Shown here in pieces: positions 53,801 to 64,000 of a stretch of 64,000 bases of DNA. The translations under genes were made by a program, and so were the position numbers. This DNA comes from Heterodontus francisci (Eukaryota). The stretch is from the NCBI RefSeq assembly GCF_036365525.1, contig NC_090416.1, positions 15,162,945 to 15,226,944 on the forward strand, in the 5' to 3' direction. Positions within the stretch are counted from its first letter, which is position 1. Every line of letters begins with the position of its first letter. The notes under the pieces are model-generated. The model saw only the letters and a program-made list of their open reading frames with translations. It was not told where the DNA came from and searched no databases.

Positions 53801-56800
53801 GAGGACCTGGGAACCGTGACACCTAATGGAGAGGGAGCACCTGGGAACAGTGCCACCTAATGGAGAGGGAGTATCTGGGAACATTGCCACCTACCGTAGA
53901 GGGGGCATCTGGGAACAGTGCCACCTAATGTAGAGGGAGCACCTCGGAACAGTGCCACCTACTGTAGAGGGGGCATCTGGGGACAGTGATACCTAATGGA
54001 GAGGGAGCACCTGGGAACAGTGCCACCTAATGGAGAGGGAGCTTCTGGGAACAGCGCCACCTACTGTACAGGGAGCACATGGGAACAGTGCCACCTACTG
54101 TAACAGGAACAGCTGGGAACAGTGCTACCTACGATGGAGAGAGCACCTGGGAACAGCGCCGCCCAATGTAGAGGGAGCTCCTAGGAACAGGGCCACCTAC
54201 TGTAGAGGGAGCACATGGGTACAGTGCTACCTACTGTGGGGGGGAGCACCTTGCAACAGCGCCGCCTACTGCAGAGGGAGGACCTGGAAACAGTGCCACC
54301 TAATGGAGAGGGATCACCTGGGAAAATTGCCACCGAATGGAGAGGGAGCATCTGGGATCAGTGCCACCTGCTGTACAGGGAGCGCCTGGGAACAATGCCG
54401 CCGACTGTAGCGGGAACAGCAAGGAACTGTGCCGCATCCTGTCGTGGGAGCACCTGGGAACAGTGCCACCTAATGTAGAGGGGGCAGCTAGGAACAGTGC
54501 CACTTACTGTAGAGGGGGCACATGGGAACAGTGCCAATTTATGTAGAGGGGGCACCTGGGAACAGTGCCACCTAATGCAGAGGGGGCAGCTAGGAACAGT
54601 GCCACTTACTGTAGAGGCAGCACCTGGGAACAGTGCCACCTACTGTAGAGGGAGCATCTGGGGAACAGTGCCACCTAATGCAGAGGGGGCAGCTAGGAAC
54701 AGTGCCAATTTATGTAGAGGGAGTACATGGGAACAGTGCCAATTTATGTAGAGGGGACACCTGGGAACAGTGCCACCTATTGCAGAGGGGGCACCTGGGA
54801 ACAGTGCCACCTAATGTAGAGGGGGCACCTAGGAACAGCGCCACCTACTGTAAAGGGAGCACCTGGGAACAGTGCCAACTACTGTAGAGGGGCATCTGGG
54901 AACAGTACCACCTAATGTAAAGGGAACACCTGGGAACAGTGCCACCTAATGGACATGGTGCATCTGGGAACTGTGCCACCTACTGTAGAGGGAGCACCTG
55001 GTAACAGCGCCACCTCCCGTAGAGGGAACACCTGGGAACAGCGCCACCTCCTGCAGAGGGAGGACCTGGGAACAGTGACACCGAATGGAGAGGGAGCACC
55101 TGGGAACAGTGCCACCTAATGGAGAGGGAGCATCTGGGAACAGTGCCACCTACTGTACAGGGAGCGCCTGGAAACAGTGCCGCCGACTGTAGAGGGAACA
55201 GCTGGAAACAGTGCCACCTACTGTAGAGGGAGCACCTGGGAACAGTGCCACCTACTGTAGAGAGGGCATCTGGGAACAGTGATACCTAATGGAGAGGGAG
55301 CACCTGGGAACAGTGCCACCTAATGGAGAGGGAGCATCTGGGAACAGTGCCACCTACTGTACAGGGAGCGCCTGGAAACAGTGCCGCCAACTGTAGCGGG
55401 AACAGCTGGAAACAGTGCCACCTACTGTAGAGGGAGCAACTGGGGACAGTGCCACCTACTGTAGAGCGAGCACCTCGGAACAGTGCCACCTAATGCAGGG
55501 GGTCACCTGGGAACTTTGCTACCTACTGTAGAGGGGGCATCTGGGAACAGCGCCTCCTAATGCAAAGGGGGGAACCTGGGAACAGTGCCACTTACTGTCG
55601 AGGGGGCACCTGCGAACAGTGCCGCCTACTGTAGTGGGAACAGCTGGGAACAGTGCTACCTACTGTGGACGTAGCACCAGGGAACAGTGCCGCCCAATGT
55701 AGAGGGAGCACCTGGGTACAGTGCCACCTACTGCAGAGGGAGGACCTGGGAACCGTGACACCTAATGGAGAGGGAGTATCTGGGAACATTGCCACCTAAT
55801 GGAGAGGGAGTATCTGGAACATTGCCACCTACTGTAGAGGGGGCATCTGGGAACAGTGCCACCTAATGTAGAGGGAGCACCTCGGAACAGTGCCACCTAC
55901 TGTAGAGGGGGCAGCTGGGAACAGTGATACCTAATGGAGAGGGAGCACCTGGGAACAGTGCCACCTAATGGAGAGGGAGCTTCTGGGAACAGTGCCACCT
56001 ACTGTACAGGGAGAACCTGGGAACAGTGCCACCTACTGGAACAGGAACAGCTGGGAACAGTGCTACCTACTATGGAGAGAGCACCTGGGAACAGCACCGC
56101 CCAATGTAGAGGGAGCTCCTAGGAACAGGGCCACCTACTGTAGAGGGAGCACATGGGTACATTGCTACCTACTGTGGAGGGGAGCACCTTGCAACAGCGC
56201 CGCCTACTGCAGAGGGAGGACCTGGAAACAGTGCCACCTAATGGAGAGGGAGCACCTGGGAAAATTGCAACCGAATGGAGAGGGAGCATCTGGGATCAGT
56301 GCCACCTGCTGTACAGGGAGCGCCTGGGAACAATGCCGCCGACTGCAGCGGGAACAGCAAGGAACTGTGCCGCCTCCTGTAGCGGGAGCACCTGGGAACA
56401 GTGCCACCTAATGTAGTGGGGGCACCTGGGAACTGTGCCACCTACTGTAGAGGAGGCATCTGGGAACAGTGCCACCTAATGCAGAGGGGGCAGCTAGGAA
56501 CAGTGCCACTTACTGTAGAGGGGGCACATGGGAACAGTGCCAATTTATGTAGAGGGGGCACCTGGGAACAGTGCCACCTATTGCAGAGGGGGCACCTGGG
56601 AATAGTGCCACCTAATGTTGAGGGGGCACCTAGGAACAGCGCCACCTAATGTAGAGGGAGCACCTGGGAACAGTGCCACCTACTGTAGAGGGAGCATCTG
56701 GGGAACAGTGCCACCTAATGCAGAGGGGGCAGCTAGGAACAGTGCCAATTTATGTAGAGCGGGTACATGGGAACAGTGCCAATTTATGTAGAGGGGGCAC

Positions 56801-59800
56801 CTGGGAACAGTGCCACCTATTGCAGAGGGGGCACCTGGGAATAGTGCCACCTAATGTAGAGGGGGCACCTAGGAACAGCGCAACCTACTGTAAAGGGAGC
56901 ACCTGGGAACAGTGCCAACTACTGTAGAGGGGCATCTGGGAACAGTAGCACCTAATGTAAAGGGAACACCTGGGAACAGTGCCACCTAATGGACATGGTG
57001 CATCTGGAAACTGTGCCACCTACTGTAGAGGGAGCACCTGGTAACAGCGCCACCTCCCGTAGAGGGAACACCTGGGAACAGCGCCACCTCCTGCAGAGGG
57101 AGCACCTGGGAACAGCGCCACCTACTGTAGAGGGAACACCAGGGAACCGTGCCATCTAATGCAGGGGGGCACCTGGAAATAGTGCCACCTACTGTAGAGG
57201 GGGTATCTGGGGAACAGTGCCACCTAATGCAGAGGGAGGAACTGGAAATAGAGCCACCTACTGTAGTGGTGGCACTTGGGAACAGTGCCACCTACTGTAG
57301 TGGGAGAACCTGGCAACAGCGCTGCCTACAGTAGAGGGAGGACCTGGGAATAGTGCCACCTAAAGAAGAGGGAGCACGTGGGAACAGTACCACCTACTGT
57401 ACCAGCAGCACCTGGGAACAGTGCCGCCTACTGTAGTGGGAGCAGCTGGGAATAGTGCTACCTACTGTCGACGTAGCACCAGGGAACAGTGCCGCCCAAT
57501 GTAGAGGGAGCACCTGGGTACAGTGCCACCTACCGTCGAGTGAGCACCTGGGAACAGCGCTATCGACTGTAGTGGGAGCACCTTGCAACAGCGCCGCCTA
57601 CTGCACAGGGAGCACCTGGGAACAGTGACACCTAATGGAGAGCGAGCATCTGGGAACAGTGCCACCTACTGTACAGGGAGCGCCTGGAAACAGTGCCGCC
57701 GACTGTAGTGGGAACAGCTAGAAACAGTGCCACCTACTGTGGAGGGAGCACCTGGGAACAGTGCCACCTACTGTAGAGAGGTCATCTGGGAACAGTGATA
57801 CCTAATGGAGATGGAGCACCTGGGAACAGTGCCACCTAATGGAGAGGGAGCATCTGGGAACAGTGCCACCTACTGTACAGGGAGCGCCTGGAAACAGTGC
57901 CGCCTACTGTAGCGGGAACAGCTGGAAACAGTGCCACCTACTGTAGAGGGAGCACCTGGGAACAGTGCCACCTACTGTCGAGGGGGCATCTGGGAATAGT
58001 GCCACCTAATGTAGAGGGAGCACCTCGGATCAGTGCCACCTAATGCAGGGGGTCACCTGGGAACAGTGCCACCTACTGTAGAGGGGGCATCTGGGAACAG
58101 CGCCTCCTAATGCAAAGGGGGGAACCTGGGAACAGTGCCACTTACTGTAGAGGGAGCACCTGGGAACAGTGCCGCCTACTGTAGTGGGAACAGCTGGGAA
58201 CAGTGCTACCTACTGTGGACGTAGCACCAGGGAACAGTGCCGCCCAATGTAGAGGGAGCACCTGGGTACAGTGCCACCTACCGTCGAGGGAGCACCTGGG
58301 AACAGCGCTATCTACTGTAGTGGGAGCACCTTGCAACAGCGCCGCCTACTGCAGAGGGAGGACCTGGGAACAGTGACACCTAATGGAGAGGGAGCACCTG
58401 GGAACAGTGCCACCTAATGGAGAGCGAGCATCTGGGAACAGTGCCACCTACTGTACAAGGAGCGCCTGGAAACAGTTCCGCCGACTGTAGTGGGAACAGC
58501 TAGAAACAGTGCCACCTACTGTGGAGGGAGCACCTGGGAACAGTGCCACCTACTGCAGAGAGGGCATCTGGGAACAGTGATACCTAATGCAGATGGAGCA
58601 CCTGGGAATTGTGCCACCTAATGGAGAGGGAGCATCTGGGAACAGTGCCACCTAATTTACAGGGAGCGCCTGGAAACAGTGCCGCCTACTGTAGCGGGAA
58701 CAGCTGGAAACAGTGCCACCTACTGTAGAGGGAGCACCTGGGAACAGTGCCACCTACTGTCGAGGGGGCATCTGGGAATAGTGCCACCTAATGTAGAGGG
58801 AGCACCTCGGATCAGTGCCACCTAATGCAGGGGGTCACCTGGGAACAGTGCCACCTACTGTAGAGGGGGCATCTGGGAACAGCGCCTCCTAATGCAAAGG
58901 GGGGAACCTGGGAACAGTGCCACTTACTGTCGAGGGAGCACCTGGGAACAGTGCCGCCTACTGTAGTGGGAACAGCTGGGAACAGTGCTACCTACTGTGG
59001 ACGTAGCACCAGGGAACAGTGCCGCCCAATGTAGAGGGAGCACCTGGGTACAGTGCCACCTACCGTCGAGGGAGCACCTGGGAACAGCGCTATCTACGGT
59101 AGTGGGAGCACCTTGCAACAGCGTCGCATGCTGCAGAGGGAGGACCTGGGAACAGCGCTATCTACTGTAGTCGGAGCACCTTGCAACAGCGCCGCCTACT
59201 GCAGAGGGAGGATCTGGGAACCGTGACACCTAATGGAGAGGGAGCACCTGGGAACCGTGATACCTAATGGAGAGGGAGCACCTGGGAACAGTGCCACCTG
59301 CTGGAGAGGGAGCTTCTGGGAACAGTGCCACCTACTGTACAGGGAGAACCTGGGAACAGTGCCACCTACTGTAACAGGAACAGCTGGGAACAGTGCTACC
59401 TACTGTGGAGAGAGCACCTGGGAACAGCGCCGCCCAATGTAGAGGGAGCTCCTAGGAACAGGGCCACCTACTGTAGAGGGAGCACATGGGTACAGTGCTA
59501 CCTACTGTGGGGGGGAGCACCTTGCAACAGCGCCGCCTACTGCAGAGGGAGAACCTGGAAACAGTGCCACCTAATGGAGAGGGAGCACCTGGGAAAATTG
59601 CCACCGAATGGAGAGGGAGCATCTGGGATCAGTGCCACCTGCTGTACAGGGAGCGCCTGGGAACAATACCGCCGACTGTAGCGGGAACAGTAAGGAACTG
59701 TGCCACCTACTGTGGAGGGAGCACCTGGGAACAGTGCCACCTACTGCAGAGAGGGCATCTGGGAACAGTGATACCTAATGGAGATGGAGCACCTGGGAAC

Positions 59801-62800
59801 AGTGCCACCTAATGGAGAGGGAGCATCTGGGAACAGTGCCACCTACTTTACAGGGAGCGCCTGGAAACAGTGCCGCCTACTGTAGCGGGAACAGCTGGAA
59901 ACAGTGCCACCTACTGTAGAGGGTGCACCTGGGAACAGTGCCACCTACTGTCGAGGGGGCATCTGGGAATAGTGCCACCTAATGTAGAGGAAGCACCTCG
60001 GATCAGTGCCACCTAATGCAGGGGGTCACCTGGGAACAGTGCCACCTACTGTAGAGGGGGCATCTGGGAACAGCGCCTCCTAATGCAAAGGGGGGAACCT
60101 GGGAACAGTGCCACTTACTGTAGAGGGAGCACCTGGGAACAGTGCCGCCTACTGTAGTGGGAACAGCTGGGAACAGTGCTACCTACTATGGACGTAGCAC
60201 CAGGGAACAGTGCCGCCCAATGTAGAGGGAGCACCTGGGTACAGTGCCACCTACCGTCGAGGGAGCACCTGGGAACAGCGCTATCTACGGTAGTGGGAGC
60301 ACCTTGCAACAGCGTCGCATGCTGCAGAGGGAGGACCTGGGAACCGTGACACCTAATGGAGAGGGAGCACCTGGGAACAGTGATACCTAATGGAGAGGGA
60401 GCACCTGGGAACAGTGCCACCTACTGGAGAGGGAGCTTCTGGGAACAGTGCCACCTACTGTACAGGGAGAACCTGGGAACAGTGCCACCTACTGTAACAG
60501 GAACAGCTGGGAACAGTGCTACCAACTATGGAGAGAGCACCTGGGAACAGCGCCGCCCAATGTAGAGGGAGCTCCTAGGAACAGGGCCACCTACTGTAGA
60601 GGGAGCACATGGGTACAGTGCTACCGACTGTGGGGGGGAGCACCTTGCAACAGCGCCGCCTACTGCAGAGGGAGGACCTGGAAACAGTGCCACCTAATGG
60701 AGAGGGAGCACCTGGGAAAATTGCCACCGAATGGAGAGGGAGCATCTGGGATCAGTGCCACCTGCTGTACAGGGAGCGCCTGGGAACAATGCCGCCGACT
60801 GTAGCGGGAACAGTAAGGAACTGTGCCGCCTCCTGTAGCGGGAGCACCTGGGAACAGTGCCACCTACTGTAGAGGGAGCACCTGGGAACAGTGCCACCTA
60901 CTGTAGAGGAGGCATCTGGGAACAGTGCCACCTAATGCAGAGGGGGCAGCTAGGAACAGTGCCACATACTGTAGAGGGGGCACATGGGAACAGTGCCAAT
61001 TTATGTAGAGGGGGTACCTGGGAACAGTGCCACCTAATGCAGAGGGGGCAGCTAGGAACAGTGCCACTTACTGTAGAGGGAGCACCTGGGAACAGTGCCA
61101 CCTATTGCAGAGGGGGCACCTGGGAATAGTGCCACCTAATGTAGAGGGGGCACCTAGGAACAGCGCCACCTACTGTAAAGGGAGCACCTGGGAACAGTGC
61201 CAACTACTGTAGAGGGGCATCTGGGAACAGTACCACCTAATGTAAAGGGAACACCTGGGAACAGTGCCACCTAATGGACATGGTGCATCTGGGAACTGTG
61301 CCACCTACTGTAGAGGGAGCACCTGGTAACAGCGCCACCTCCCGTAGAGGGAGCACCTGGGAACAGTGCCACCTAATGGAGAGGGAGCATCTGGGAACAG
61401 TGCCACCTACTGTACAGGGAGCGCCTGGAAACAGTGCCGCCTACTGTAGAGGGAACAGCTGGGAACAGTGATACCTCATGGAGAGGGAGCACCTGGGAAC
61501 AGTGCCACCTAATGGAGAGGAAGCATCTGGGAACAGTGCCACCTACTGTACAGGGAGCGCCTGGAAACAGTGCCGCCAACTGTAGCGGGAACAGCTGGAA
61601 ACAGTGCCACCTACTGTAGAGGGAGCACCTGGGGACAGTGCCACCTACTGTAGAGGGAGCACCTCGGAACAGTGCCACCTAATGCAGGGGGTCACCTGGG
61701 AACAGTGCTACCTACTGTAGAGGGGGCATCTGGGAACAGCGCCTCCTAATGCAAAGGGGGGAACCTGGGAACAGTGCCACTTACTGTCGAGGGGGCACCT
61801 GCGAACAGTGCCGCCTACTGTAGTGGGAACAGCTGGGAACAGTGCTACCTACTGTGGACGTAGCACCAGGGAACAGTGCCGCCCAATGTAGAGGGAGCAC
61901 CTGGGTACAGTGCCACCTACTGCAGAGGGAGGACCTGGGAACCGTGACACCTAATGGAGAGGGAGTATCTGGGAACATTGCCACCTAATGGAGAGGAAGT
62001 ATCTGGGAACATTGCCACCTACTGTAGAGGGGGCATCTGGGAACAGTGCCACCTAATGTAGAGGGAGCACCTCGGAACAGTGCCACCTGCTGTAGAGGGG
62101 GCATCTGGGAACAGTGATACCTAATGGAGAGGGAGCACCTGGGAACAGTGCCACCTAATGGAGAGGGAGCTTCTGGGAACAGTGCCACCTACTGTACAGG
62201 GAGAACCTGGGAACAGTGCCACCTACTGTAACAGGAACAGCTGGGAACAGTGCTACCTACTATGGAGAGAGCACCTGGGAACAGCGCCGCCCAATGTAGA
62301 GGGAGCTCCTAGGAACAGGGCCACCTACTGTAGAGGGAGCACATGGGTACAGTGCTACCTACTGTGGGGGGGAGCACCTTGCAACAGCGCCGCCTACTGC
62401 AGAGGGAGGACCTGGAAACAGTGCCACCTAATGGAGAGGGAGCACCTGGGAGAATTGCCACCGAATGGAGAGGGAGCATCTGGGATCAGTGCCACCTGCT
62501 GTACAGGGAGCGCCTGGGAACAATGCCGCCGACTGTAGCGGGAACAGCAAGGAACTGTGCCGCCTCCTGTAGCGGGAGCACCTGGGAACAGTGCCACCTA
62601 ATGTAGAGGGAGCACCTGGGAAAAGTGCCACCTACTGTACAGGGAGCGCCGGAAACAGTGCCGCCTACTGTAGCGGTAACAGCTGGAAACAGTGCCACCT
62701 ACTATAGAGGGAGCACCTGGGAACAGTGCCACCTACTGTCGAGGGGGCATCTGGGAATAGTGCCACCTAATGTAGAGGGAGCACCTCGGAACAGTGCCAC

Positions 62801-64000
62801 CTAATGCAGGGGGTCACCTGGGAACAGTGCCACCTACTGTAGAGGGGGCATCTGGGAACAGCGCCTCCTAATGCAAAGGGGGGAACCTGGGAACAGTGCC
62901 ACTTACTGTAGAGGGGGCACCTGGGAACAGTGCCGCCTACTGTAGTGGGAAGAGCTGGGAACAGTGCTACCTACTGTGGACGTAGCACCAGGGAACAGTG
63001 CCGCCCAATGTAGAGGGAGCACCTGGGTACAGTGCCACCTACCGTCGAGGGAGCACCTGGGAACAGCGCTATCTACGGGAGTGGGAGCACCTTGCAACAG
63101 CGTCGCATGCTGCAGAGGGAGGACCTGGGAACAGCGCTATCTACTGTAGTCGTAGCACCTAGCAACAGCGCCGCCTACTGCAGAGGGAGGACCTGGGAAC
63201 AGTGACACCTAATGGAGAGGGAGCACCTGGGAACAGTGCCACCTAATGGAGAGGGAGCATCTGGGAACAGTGCCACCTACTGTACAGGGAGCGCCTGGAA
63301 ACAGTGCCGCCAACTGCAGCAGGAACAGCTGGAAACAGTGCCACCTACTGTAGCGGGAGCACCTGGGAACAGTGCCACCTACTGTAGAGGGGGCATCTGG
63401 GAACTGTGTTACCTAATGTAGAGGGAGCACCTCGGAACAGTGCCACCTACTGTAGAGGGGGCATCTGGGAACAGTGATACCTAATGGAGAGGGAGCACCT
63501 GGGAACAGTGCCACCTAATGGAGAGGGAGCTTCTGGGAACAGTGCCACCTACTGTACAGGGAGCGCCTGGAAACTGTGCCGCCTACTGTCGCGGAAACAG
63601 CTGGAAACAGTGCCACCTACTGTAGAGGGAGCACCTGGGAACAGTGCCACCTACTGTAGATGGGGCATCTGAGAACAGTGCCACCGAATGCAGAGGGAGC
63701 ACCTGGGAACAGCGCTGCCTACTGTAGCGGGAACAGCGGGTAACAGTGCCACCTACTGTAGTGGAAGTACCTGGGAACAGCGCTGCCTACTGTAGCGGGA
63801 ACAGCGGGTAACAGTGCCACCTACTGTAGTGGAAGTACCTGGGAACAGCGCTGCCTATTGTAGAGGGAGCAGCTGGGAACAGCGCCAGCTACTGTGGAGG
63901 AAACACCTGGGAACAGCACCACCTAATGTGGAGGGAGCACCTGGAAACAATGCCACCTACTGTAGAGGGAGCACCTGGGAACTGTGCCATCTACTGTAGA
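38838..64000 (+). repeat. 34-bp satellite array, >25 kb, ~740 monomers, consensus CTGGGAACAGTGCCACCTACTGTAGAGGGAGCAC
   Basis: Continuous 34-bp periodicity in a single orientation; runs off the window end. Confidence 0.98.

Noticed and set aside
38804-63999. Hundreds of short ORFs (STWEQCHLL, HLGTVPPTVEG, MALFPGAPSTVGG)
   Set aside because: They are translations of a 34-bp repeat cycling through frames with frequent stops; no splice or coding evidence.
38838-64000. CRISPR-like array (constant GGGAACAGTGCCACC plus a variable segment)
   Set aside because: The variable parts are point variants of one consensus rather than unique spacers, the context is vertebrate, and there are no cas genes.
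38838-64000. Satellite as an array of cryptic RSS heptamers (AACAGTG versus CACAGTG)
   Set aside because: The essential first C of CAC is missing, and no nonamer-like A-tract lies 12 or 23 bp away.

Overview
Vertebrate (cartilaginous fish, shark-type) immunoglobulin light-chain locus in multicluster organisation, all genes on the minus strand. Positions 1-38.8 kb hold head-to-tail repeats of a ~13.46 kb unit. They contain: the promoter and leader exon of one gene whose V lies left of the window (72-120); two complete, unrearranged leader-V-(12RSS)...(23RSS)-J-C clusters (A: 9979-13575; B: 23436-27031); and a third C exon (38317-38652) that is frameshifted by a 7-bp duplication. The V and C proteins resemble the elasmobranch type I / sigma-cart (NS5-like) light chain; this is recognised from memory, not from a search. 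The spacers between genes are mostly decayed CR1/L2 LINEs and SINEs, with short unique islands carrying B-cell-type motifs. From ~38838 to the window end (~25 kb, ~740 copies) is a 34-bp satellite that begins 186 bp upstream of the pseudo-C exon. Each monomer carries a near-consensus CTCF motif in the same orientation. A 7-copy array of the same satellite sits at 30348-30597. In the two younger units the 1.17-kb segment containing that short array has been deleted and the junction filled with (GGGTTA)3 telomeric repeat. Nearly all ORFs in the supplied track other than the Ig exons are LINE debris or satellite artefacts. All identities quoted are by-eye comparisons.
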